Origin: Methanobacteriota archaeon
GTDB lineage: Archaea; Thermoplasmatota; Poseidoniia; Poseidoniales; Poseidoniaceae
Reading direction: 5' to 3'
DNA: 43,549 bases
Assembly (NCBI GenBank): GCA_018650165.1
Contig: JABIGM010000039.1
Location: 1 to 43,549, forward strand
Below are positions 9,403 through 19,000 of the stretch, piece after piece. The position numbers and the translations under genes are program-made. The notes under the pieces were generated by a model, which was given only the letters and a program-made list of their open reading frames with translations, ran no database searches and had not been told where the DNA came from. How positions within the stretch are numbered: the first letter of the stretch is position 1; every line of letters starts with the position of its first letter.

Positions 9403-11324
9403 TCGAATCTCCCTAATATCGATTTGAACACATCTTTTGCATCTCCCTGAGAGCGCTCTACTAATCTCCTGACAATTAACTCAGGAGTCGATCGAGCAAG
9501 ATGGTTTCTTCTTGGAGTTCTATCAACAATCAGTTCTAGATTTTCATCCAATCCTCTAGCCTCAATTCCATCGGTTCGTAGTTCACGACCTGCTGCCTCG
9601 ATTATTGCAGGTGCCAAATGGGTTACTAGGAGCATACAAGTTCCGTTATGGGATTCCGCAGCTTCTAGCATCCCAGCGATAATCCTCGCACCAGCACCAG
9701 GTTCGGTAATCGCTTCCAATTCATCAGCAAGAATTAGTTTTGAGTCATTGTTGGAAACCACCTGTGCGAGTTGGAGCAATGTTTGTTCAAGTGCTCCAGC
9801 AGATTGAGTCCCTCCTGCCTTTGCTAGAACATGAAGGGATTCGATTTGTCCAATCTTTGCAGATTTTGCTGGCACAGGTAATCCCATGTGTGCTAGAATT
9901 GTACAATGTGCTAACAATTCGAGCATGGTAGTTTTCCCACCACTATTCGCACCGGTAAGTAATGCAATTGATTGTTGGTCGTCCTTGGCAGCACACATAC
10001 CTAAACCGTAGTCAACAGGGTCGGGAATGCCATCTATTAGCAAATGTCTACCACTTTTAATTTCAATGCCATGCTCACATATTTCAGGCATAGTTGCCTC
10101 TACCTGCTTTGCCCATCTACCGATTGTTAGCCACTGGTCCAATTCAACTAGTTTCCTAAGTGAATTTTCACAACGAGATTTGAGTGGAGCAAGTCTTCGG
10201 GCAAGTGACACGAGTCGCTCTGACTGCGTTGATTTCCAGAGGTCTTCTAACTGGGAATCGATGCTATCTAGCGTTGATCTGTCAACTTTAGTCGGCCATT
10301 CTGATTTGAAAATTGAACGTGGACATCGAACCTCAACGCTAGATAGCAACGAAGCGATTTCATTTGTAGCATTTTCAATTGCCTGCTCGATAGCATCACT
10401 GGTCTGTTTTGCTAATTTACGTTGCAGTGATGCAGTATCTGCTAGGGCTTCTAACATATCAGAACCAGAAAGGTCCAGATTAACATTTTGCATAGCATTG
10501 TCAACTTCATTATGAATTCTCTTTTCCAATTCCTTAGCTAACGGCCATAATTTATCCCGTACATCTGCGATTGCATCCGCATCTGCTTCGTTTACCAGTT
10601 CATCTAGAAGGTCTCGGAGAATCGGCATTCTGATTTCGTCAAAATGTGAATAGAACCCTCCACCTTTTGGGAGATTAGTTAGTAGTTCCAAGGATTCTTT
10701 ATTATGTTCAAACCAGCCAACACATTTCTCTGGTAGAATCATATCAATTGATGATTGTTCAGGAAGAACAAGCCACCCCTCAGGTGTTTGTGCAGGTCCA
10801 TTTTCACCAATCCATGTTACTGATTTGAAGACTTTGTAATCTTTCCAAGTCTCTTGTTCAGAAGGTGTTAGAACCCTACAATAGCGCTTTAATTCAGCGA
10901 TCGGGTTTTTAGAAACAACAACTCTGTCATAGTTTCCTTCTACTTCAGAAGGTATTCGTAACCCTTCGATAATGTAGTCGCAGTTCATGGCTTGTGCTAC
11001 TAACTTTCTTCGACTTTGAATATCTTTTACTGGCATTAGGTTTCGCAATCGAGAACGTGTTGATGTATTGACTGCGTGAGAGGCGATAGTCACCATGAGT
11101 TCGCGGTGGAGCCTTACCGATTCTGGAGTTGCTAAGAAATCCTCCATCCCATTTAGGGAGCGTGCTAGACTGTCAGCACGCTTTTGAGACACACCTTCTA
11201 CCTCGGCAATAATTTCAGTTTGCCCATCAGAAAGAAGTTGTATTACTTTATCTTCCGACCCAAAATGGTCGGTTAATTTTCTTGCTAGACCAGCCCCAAC
11301 TCCGGGTAAAGCTTTCAGAACCAT
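9399..11324 (-). CDS. MutS-family ATPase (archaeal MutS2/MutS5-like) with N-terminal helix-hairpin-helix
   Basis: LPGVGAGLA HhH at the N-terminus; [12 protein letters not shown] Walker A; [15 protein letters not shown] Walker B; LVTHL. No mismatch-binding domain and no Smr domain. Confidence 0.85.
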   Translation of the reverse strand: MVLKALPGVGAGLARKLTDHFGSEDKVIQLLSDGQTEIIAEVEGVSQKRADSLARSLNGMEDFLATPESVRLHRELMVTIASHAVNTSTRSRLRNLMPVKDIQSRRKLVAQAMNCDYIIEGLRIPSEVEGNYDRVVVSKNPIAELKRYCRVLTPSEQETWKDYKVFKSVTWIGENGPAQTPEGWLVLPEQSSIDMILPEKCVGWFEHNKESLELLTNLPKGGGFYSHFDEIRMPILRDLLDELVNEADADAIADVRDKLWPLAKELEKRIHNEVDNAMQNVNLDLSGSDMLEALADTASLQRKLAKQTSDAIEQAIENATNEIASLLSSVEVRCPRSIFKSEWPTKVDRSTLDSIDSQLEDLWKSTQSERLVSLARRLAPLKSRCENSLRKLVELDQWLTIGRWAKQVEATMPEICEHGIEIKSGRHLLIDGIPDPVDYGLGMCAAKDDQQSIALLTGANSGGKTTMLELLAHCTILAHMGLPVPAKSAKIGQIESLHVLAKAGGTQSAGALEQTLLQLAQVVSNNDSKLILADELEAITEPGAGARIIAGMLEAAESHNGTCMLLVTHLAPAIIEAAGRELRTDGIEARGLDENLELIVDRTPRRNHLARSTPELIVRRLVERSQGDAKDVFKSILGRFD

Positions 11325-11347
11325 GAGAAAAATCGCTTGTCAAGAGG

Positions 11348-11354
11348 CTTTGAA
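11348..11354 (-). promoter_or_regulatory. Putative TATA-like box of the MutS-like gene
   Basis: TTCAAAG at -30..-24 of ATG 11324, in the same register as similar boxes before other first-in-unit genes. Confidence 0.45.
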
Positions 11355-11390
11355 GATACGGGTCACCTAATGCGACACTTTCACTATTCT

Positions 11391-12800
11391 TTACGCTTGG
11401 TTAATTGGACCATAGACCGGCATTTCAACTTCAACAGCAAATAGCGGGTCAGGGTCACTTGAGTCATGGTAAGCAACTACCACTCCTCCATCATTGAGAA
11501 TACCCATCGATGCGAAATCGAATCTAATGTCGTTACCCGCTCCACTTGTGGAATCCAAATCGCCTAGGCCGATGTAGGTTAGAGTATCAGGTACCATCGA
11601 ATCAGAGTATTCTCTTACGTGGAATAGGACATCGACATCCGGTCCTTCCGCTGATTGATATCTGACATTCAATACGAACAAATCTAGGGCTCCATTTGCC
11701 TGGAATTCCCATTCTTCGATTTGTGCCCAATTCTCATCTGAATAATTTTGTGTGGCCCAAGTACTTCCTCCATCATATGAGAGGTGATGGGTGAAAGTAG
11801 TGCCCGCTAGTCCAACACAGTGAATCGCTCCAGTTGAATCGATTTGACAGTACTCACTAGGGAATTGGACATCATGCTTGTTCCAGTTAAGCGATGTGTC
11901 TAGGAATGCTGAAGTTCCATCGCTGAAGTACCCAGGAAAGTAGAGTCCACCACTTGGAACTGGGAATGAACGCATTTCCTTGTGTGGTTTGTTGACATCA
12001 TAGTATTCTGGTAAATTAGAGAAGTTTAGGTCCACTTCACCAGCACCTGGGTTGGAATTTCGACCCGCGAATTGAAAGTTGTAGTAATTTAATCCATCAA
12101 CGCTAATTTGGCCACCAGCGTTCTGAGTTTGGTGCCAGAAGTTCGAAACAACTAGGCTTGCCCAATCCCCACTGCCGATGTTAGATGAGATTGGACCTAC
12201 GACTTCCACTTGCCAAGACCGGTCATAGAATGGTTCAGTCATTCGGTTGTAACACCATTTCCACTCACCCTCTGATTCGTCATAAAGAATAGCGTAAAAT
12301 TTGTCAATTTTTGCATCAGCGCCGATGTAGGGGAACCAAGACATTGAGATGATGTCTCCATTGGTTGCTTGGACAATACTTCCTTCTCCAAGTCCTTCTT
12401 GTCCAGGGTTAGTAGGTACAGGTGTCCTGCACATAGGGTCGGTTAAGACTCCCGGAATATATGTGTCCCATTCATGTCCTCTGTCTTCGGACCAGACTGG
12501 ATATTCACCTCCAATATTGAGGATGTCACCTTCGATTGTAGTTGCAAGATAGTGCTCACAACAATTGCCACCGTAATTTTTGTCAAATACTGCCCATGAG
12601 GTCGTAGTGCTTTGATTCAGGCTCAAATCAATTGTCGTAAATTCCCACGGTGCGATTGCAGGAATATCGTCAATCATTTCGTAATCAACCCAAATTGGGA
12701 CCTCTTCGTCTGCCACTACAATTTCTTCAGCACCACCAAAACAACCTGCTAGAAGCATGGTCAATGTGAGTAAAATTGCAACTCCAGATTTCATATTCAT
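11391..12800 (-). CDS. Lipoprotein with BNR/Asp-box motifs (possible beta-propeller, sialidase-like fold)
   Basis: LLAGC lipobox; Asp-boxes WSEDRGHEW and LSYDGGSTW; start at ATG 12800 overlaps the ileS stop (ATGA). Confidence 0.7.
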   Translation of the reverse strand: MNMKSGVAILLTLTMLLAGCFGGAEEIVVADEEVPIWVDYEMIDDIPAIAPWEFTTIDLSLNQSTTTSWAVFDKNYGGNCCEHYLATTIEGDILNIGGEYPVWSEDRGHEWDTYIPGVLTDPMCRTPVPTNPGQEGLGEGSIVQATNGDIISMSWFPYIGADAKIDKFYAILYDESEGEWKWCYNRMTEPFYDRSWQVEVVGPISSNIGSGDWASLVVSNFWHQTQNAGGQISVDGLNYYNFQFAGRNSNPGAGEVDLNFSNLPEYYDVNKPHKEMRSFPVPSGGLYFPGYFSDGTSAFLDTSLNWNKHDVQFPSEYCQIDSTGAIHCVGLAGTTFTHHLSYDGGSTWATQNYSDENWAQIEEWEFQANGALDLFVLNVRYQSAEGPDVDVLFHVREYSDSMVPDTLTYIGLGDLDSTSGAGNDIRFDFASMGILNDGGVVVAYHDSSDPDPLFAVEVEMPVYGPINQA

Positions 12801-15800
12801 GACCTCGTGACAGTGTACCAAATTGTTGCTCCGTCAACTTCGAAAGATTCGCCACTACCATCGCTGAGATGGAATTGAACACTATTTGCTCTTGTCTCAT
12901 TTGCAATCCAATCTCGATCTGGAGCAAATAATTCAGGTGCATCTTTCATCCAAACTTCTAGTGAAATCGTATCCTCTATTGCGAGATTCAAGTCTTTTCT
13001 TGACGCTTGTATTCTACGAGTAATATCTCGTGCCAACCCCTTTGACAGGAGTTCGGGAGTATCGCTCATATCAAGGACTAATGATACCGAACTTTCTGCG
13101 ATTTGAACAGTTTGTGCAGCATATCCCTGTCGCTCAACACGACGTAATTCTATGTCATCAGATCCGATTTCATATCCTGCAATAACAAGGTTACCTGCTT
13201 CGATACTTGCCAGCATTGCTTCACTATCTCCATCGGCAATACCCTGCAAAACTGCTGGCAAATCTTGTCTACATTTTGCACCGAGGCTTCGGCGGTTAGG
13301 GACAACTTCGATTTTCTGGAATCTATCTAAATCTGTTTCGAGGGAAATAATTTCAACATTCAATTCCTCAGCAAGTATTTCATGGAACGGGGACAAATCC
13401 GGGCCACTAACAATCCACCCTTCAGCGCATGGAAGTCTCTGCCTTCTATCCGCGTCCACTCTGATTCTTCTACCGGTTTCAGCAAGTTCGCGAACCAAAG
13501 TCATTGTTTCTAGAATTTCAGAATCAATATCTCCAGATTCCGGCCAATCTGCTAGATGGACAGAAGTTCCCATTAAATTACGATGAATTGTATCTGGCAT
13601 GAAAGGTGAAACCGGAGCCATCAAACGACTAATTGTCACAAGAACAGTATGTAGCGTATGCTGGCATGCAAGTTTGTCATCACCATCAGCTTCATCCCAC
13701 AATCTGCGCCTCGACCTTCGAACATACCAATTTGAAACATCATTTACAACAAATTCCTCGATATCTCGACAAGCTTTGTGGAAATCCCATTCTTCGAATT
13801 GCTTATCTGTACCCTTGACAACTTCAGCAAGTCGCGATAGTACCCATGCGTCTAGTGGAGTCTTCTTTCCCTGTGGGGATGCCTCTGGATCAAACCCATC
13901 AAGTGCGGCATAATCAGAATGGAATCGATAAATGTTCCAGAGGGTAAGGAACATCTTTCCATAGGTTTCACGAACCCCATTAGGGTCGAATTTCATCGGA
14001 TTCCACGGAGCTCCAGCGGTAACCATGTACCATCGAGTGGCATCAGCACCCTCTCGGTTGAAGTGGTCCCAAGGGTCGACAATGTTTCCTTTGGATTTTG
14101 ACATTTTCTTTCCTTCTGCATCCAAAATCAAACCTAATGAAAGGCATCGCTTGTAGCATATTGACTCAAACACAGTGGTGCTTACTGCAAGTAATGTGTA
14201 GAACCAGCCTCTTGTCTGGTCAACACCTTCACAGATGTAATCGATAGGGAAATTATTCTCAAACTTTCCTTCTGCTCCAAACGGATGATGCCATTGTGCA
14301 AATGAGGCACAACCTGAGTCAAACCAACAATCCATCACGAAAGGCTCTCTTTTCATATCACCATTACATTCTGTACAGACCAGAATCGTATCATCGACAT
14401 ATGGTCGATGCAGGTCTTCAGCTACCGGACTTCCTTCTTTGGCCATACTTGCCATTTCTTCAGTAGAACCGATACAGTGTTGGTGATTACAATCATTACA
14501 AATCCATACTGGTAAAGGTGTACCCCAATATCTCTCACGGCTGATTGCCCAATCTTTGACATTACGCAACCACTCGCCAAATCGACCTTCGCCAACCCAG
14601 TCTGGAGCCCATTCAACTTGAGAGTTAAATTCGAGCAGCATTTCTTTGACAGCAGTCATTTTGACGAACCAAGAATCCATCGCATAGTAGAGTAGCGGAT
14701 GACCGGTTCTCCAGCAATGTGGATAATCGTGGAGATACATCTTTTCACGGTAAAGTAAACCAGCGTTATGCATTAATTCGATGACTGTTGAATCACAATC
14801 TTTCACATAGCGACCATCGAGTTCCAAGTGGGTTCCTTCAAGGAATGCGCCATCTATTCCAACGGTGTGCTGGGCCGGTAATCCTACTTCCATACCGAGG
14901 TTATAATCGTCTTCACCATACATTACTGCAGTGTGTACGACTCCAGTACCATCAGTGGTTGTGACCCAATCTGCCCCGATTACAGTCCATGCTGTTTTCG
15001 AGTCGCCTCTGTCGACTGCGCCAGGGAATAGTGGGGTGTATGCGCGCCCAATCAATTCACTACCAGGGAATGTTTCAATTTCTTCACAATGATGGCGAAT
15101 CACTTCTTTGAATAATTCCTTTGCCAGAATTAATTCCTCGCCTATTTCAGCGCCGCCATGACCTTCCCAGTTCTCAGGGTTGGCCGTGACTCTAACGCGC
15201 ACATATTCGACGTCGGGCCCTACTGCAAGACCAACATTTCCAGGAAGTGTCCATGGGGTTGTAGTCCAAGCTAAAATCGAGGCATCGGTATCTTCCAATT
15301 TGAATTTGACATAAACCGAAGGCTCTTCGACTTCTTTGTAGCCCAGTGCGACTTCGTGACTGGAGTATGATGTCCCGGTTTGAGGACAGTATGGGAGCAC
15401 CTTGTAACCACGATATAGCAAGCCCTTTTCGAACATTTTCTTCAATGCCCACCAGCACGATTCGATGTATGTATTATGAAGTGTGACATATGGATTATCA
15501 AGGTCGCACCAGTATGCCATTCTCTCCGTCATATCACGCCATGCAGCCTCATAAGTCCAAACCGATTCACGACATTCTTTGTTGAATTCTTCCATTCCAA
15601 ATGCTTCAATCGCTTCATTACTCATCAAGTCAAGTCTCTTCTGAACTTCGATTTCTACAGGTAGGCCGTGTGTATCCCATCCACCCTTTCGTTCGACGAA
15701 ATTACCTTGCATTGTTTTCCAGCGACATACGAGATCCTTGTAGGTTCTAGCTACAACATGGTGAATTCCCGGTTTCCCGTTGGCAGTAGGCGGTCCTTCT

Positions 15801-15934
15801 AAGAAAATGAAAGGTTCACCCTCTGCACGATTTTCAACACTTGTTTCGAATAACTTCTCTTGTTGCCATGTTGCAAGTAGACCTGTTTCCAACGCAACTG
15901 TATCCAGTTCATTGGTCGTCTTTGGGCTGGCCAT
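12797..15934 (-). CDS. ileS: Isoleucine--tRNA ligase, type 2 (IleRS2) with GIHH signature
   Basis: GPPTANGKPGIHH, GWDTHGLPVE, WTTTPWTLPGN, GTGVVH, DWAISRERYWGTPLP, EGVDQTRGWFY, KMSKSKGN. Start moved to ATG 15934. Confidence 0.97.
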   Translation of the reverse strand: MASPKTTNELDTVALETGLLATWQQEKLFETSVENRAEGEPFIFLEGPPTANGKPGIHHVVARTYKDLVCRWKTMQGNFVERKGGWDTHGLPVEIEVQKRLDLMSNEAIEAFGMEEFNKECRESVWTYEAAWRDMTERMAYWCDLDNPYVTLHNTYIESCWWALKKMFEKGLLYRGYKVLPYCPQTGTSYSSHEVALGYKEVEEPSVYVKFKLEDTDASILAWTTTPWTLPGNVGLAVGPDVEYVRVRVTANPENWEGHGGAEIGEELILAKELFKEVIRHHCEEIETFPGSELIGRAYTPLFPGAVDRGDSKTAWTVIGADWVTTTDGTGVVHTAVMYGEDDYNLGMEVGLPAQHTVGIDGAFLEGTHLELDGRYVKDCDSTVIELMHNAGLLYREKMYLHDYPHCWRTGHPLLYYAMDSWFVKMTAVKEMLLEFNSQVEWAPDWVGEGRFGEWLRNVKDWAISRERYWGTPLPVWICNDCNHQHCIGSTEEMASMAKEGSPVAEDLHRPYVDDTILVCTECNGDMKREPFVMDCWFDSGCASFAQWHHPFGAEGKFENNFPIDYICEGVDQTRGWFYTLLAVSTTVFESICYKRCLSLGLILDAEGKKMSKSKGNIVDPWDHFNREGADATRWYMVTAGAPWNPMKFDPNGVRETYGKMFLTLWNIYRFHSDYAALDGFDPEASPQGKKTPLDAWVLSRLAEVVKGTDKQFEEWDFHKACRDIEEFVVNDVSNWYVRRSRRRLWDEADGDDKLACQHTLHTVLVTISRLMAPVSPFMPDTIHRNLMGTSVHLADWPESGDIDSEILETMTLVRELAETGRRIRVDADRRQRLPCAEGWIVSGPDLSPFHEILAEELNVEIISLETDLDRFQKIEVVPNRRSLGAKCRQDLPAVLQGIADGDSEAMLASIEAGNLVIAGYEIGSDDIELRRVERQGYAAQTVQIAESSVSLVLDMSDTPELLSKGLARDITRRIQASRKDLNLAIEDTISLEVWMKDAPELFAPDRDWIANETRANSVQFHLSDGSGESFEVDGATIWYTVTRS

Positions 15935-15957
15935 ACCACTGGCGAGATGTGAACATG

Positions 15958-16042
15958 TCTTGAAACACTCGTTCAATATCATGGTCCAATCTAAGATAAA
16001 ATCCACTTCGTAGAAGTGAATGGGAGGGGTTGCTTTGAATTA
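15958..16042. promoter_or_regulatory. Divergent ileS / giant-protein promoter region with two TATA-like boxes and a triloop hairpin
   Basis: TTCAAGA on minus (15964-15958, -30..-24 of ATG 15934); CACTTC-GTA-GAAGTG 16004-16018; TTTGAATTA on plus (16034-16042, -32..-24 of ATG 16066). Confidence 0.45.
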
Positions 16043-16065
16043 CATTGAGTTCATCCAGTGAATAC

Positions 16066-19000
16066 ATGGCGTCAGCAAATAGAGGGGCTCAGGCATTTGT
16101 CCTTGCTCTCTTGTTTGTACTTTCAGGACCGCTGTCGCAGTTTTTTCTTACCGATAGCACACCAATCTCCTTAGGTGAGACCGATTTCAAAAGTAGTAAT
16201 TCTGGAACCACGACAGAAGTTGTAATCAACGGGCCAGGGCAAAATGGCATGGGGCCATCTCTTGTTCTCGACCCAGACCATGCTTTACAGACAATCTCAT
16301 TCTCAGTTGCCTCGGGAGATAGTATCAGGGCAACTGGATTTAATTGGGCAGATTGGAGTTCATCCGGATTCACGAGTACTGGTTTGATGGAAGATTCTGA
16401 TGGATCCTTAATTCTCGGATTCCAAGGTGTAAATTGGGACTTTGATAAAGGAAACAATGGTTGGTCATCATCAAATTCAAATTTTGGACAACATAATTCT
16501 GGCATCACATGTGGAATGAATGGTGCTACAGGAGCATCATGGTGGACTCGTGGCGGCGCAGTGACTGTTACAAGCCCGCAAGTTAATTTGGCAGGTCACC
16601 AAGGATTATCCCTGCAAGCTTGGTTAAAGCAGGGTAATTCCCAATGTGGTGAAGAGCCGGATACCAATGAGAATTTTTACCTTGAATACAAGACATCTAA
16701 CAATGCGTGGAGTCAGATTCAATACCTTGCAGGCGCAACAGTTGGCGGGTCTGTAACCAATGTAAATTACAATTTACCATCGGATGCTTACCATTCAAGT
16801 TTTCAAGTTAGAGCGCGACAAAATTCAGGGTCTGGAACATGTTGTGATTACTGGTTTTTCGATGATGTCATTATTCCTGGCACCAGTGGTGCGAACTTAT
16901 CCACTCGTTCATTCGGTTGGTCATCAAGTGCAAATGAACAAATTGACGAGGGGAAATATGCTCCAATCTTGCTAGACGCGATGGTTCCTCAAGACGCTTA
17001 TCTTAACTGGACTGTTATTGATGCAGATACAAATATTCCAATTCCGGGACTAGTTAGTCGCTCGGGAGAGTGGATAGACCTCTCAGTAGTTGATTGGAAA
17101 ACACACAAATCCCTTCGATTAAATCTGGAATTTGTCTCAAACCATTCTGGTTCTTCCCCACGCTTATACGGCATCTCAGGTGGAGGAAAAATCTATGATA
17201 ATTTTAATAATAATCCTGAAAGCGATGGTTGGAATCTTGTAAATGCAAGTTGGGATTCATCCAGTTTAGAACTTATAGGGAGTGCAAATGCGATGGTTCT
17301 AACACCTGAATTCGATATTGACATGCCATTTTCATCGTACAAATTTAATTCTCAATTACAGGGCAATGTAGCAACATATGTTTCTATTGATAGAGGAAAC
17401 TGGAGCCAAATAAATGCTTCAAATCTTCGAACCGATACAGCGACCCCAGCCTCTGTAATCCAATTCAAATTCGAAGGGATGATTGAAACTTGGTCTGTAG
17501 AAAATCTACAATTGCAACTGTATCCGAGTTCTTCAATTGTATCTCCTACTTTGGATATTGATAATGATGGACGCCCCGAATGGTCAGTTTCAGGCACTGG
17601 CATAGGAGAATGGGGTAATCAAGATGTATTCATGGATGGTAATTCAAGTTCGGTTTTCGAAGTAGGCTTGGCTCCTACCACTTGGCATAGTGTGTTAATT
17701 CCAAAGAATGCTAAATCATTCGAGGTATCTGCTGATGATGTCGGCACAGTCGGCCTAGGCATTCAAACAATGGCCCTGTGGATTGGAACTCAAATGATTA
17801 CACAAAATGGTGGAAATGGGTATGTTGATGGTTTGCGCCTGTCTCTAAATGCTAGCGAAATAGAACTTCTCAATTACGAAACAGCAACACTAAACCCCTT
17901 CAAGCAAGTGGGTGGTACTGATTTTATTCATGGACGAATAGAATTAATTTCAGATGCAGGAACTCACCGGCTAGCCGGTCTGACAATAACTTATGATGGG
18001 AATGATACCGTTAGTGCAACAGCAATTGATGAAGTAGTAATGGCGATGAATCGTGCAAGATTAGATTCTAGTAAGGCATCTAGTATGCCGCTTATATTCA
18101 CTGCTCAATCTGCGTGTACTCTAGAGGTTACTCTAATTTCATCAACATCTTCTGGAGATGTTACAATGGGTGCACTTACATGGACAAACGACTCTCAAAC
18201 TCTGACTCCTTCACAACTTTGGAGACAGGTAAACACTCGTGTCCAAGTGAATGAAGCAGCACCTAATAGGCTCATTTTCAATCTTTATTCTGATGACTAT
18301 ACCGCAATGTGGTTCATTCCGGTTACAGGTGGAAGTATGATTACTATCGGTGATCATGATACTCTTGTATTCTCAGATGAAGGCATCACTCTCAACTCTT
18401 CACAAGATATCCACGACCTTTTGACCAGTTTCAGAACAGCACAATCCTTTGATGATCAGTCCCATCTTCGTTTGGAAACTCGAATCCAATTAACAAATGG
18501 CGTAGTATCCATGCCTGCAATCAAAACCTGGGCAAATCCTGCAATCGACAATGACGTGCAAATTGAATCAATGAGTATCTACACCGATAGAGGTCTCATT
18601 TCATCTGCAACAAAATATCTGAAAGCAGAGGACAACATGACCTTCAATATTGATGTCGGATTTGAAAATGGGGATGCTGATGAGAAGCCATTCCCTGGAG
18701 AATTCAATTTATCCCTCTACCGTAATGGTGAATTGATAGCTAATACTACCGAGTATGAAGGAGATTATTGGGTTGTCAAAACCAAAGCACCCTTCACCAG
18801 TGGAAATGTTTCCTATGAGGCATTCATAACCCCCTTAGCAGGAGGAGGATTGGGTGAGCCAATCTCGGTGAATAGAACCTTTGTGATAGACCCTCTTGCA
18901 CCAGTTGTTACTAGCGCTAGTATCAGATATTTCGACCATTTACAACCTTCTACAAACCAACAGATAACTATCAATATTACAGACCAACCAGTACTTCCAA

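Noticed and set aside
15935-16065. Longer N-termini given by the ORF track for ileS, cysS, nadE, bcp, flaG, the 36557 ORF and others
   Set aside because: Downstream ATGs fit SD sites, ATGA overlaps or the -30 box and remove non-homologous leaders.
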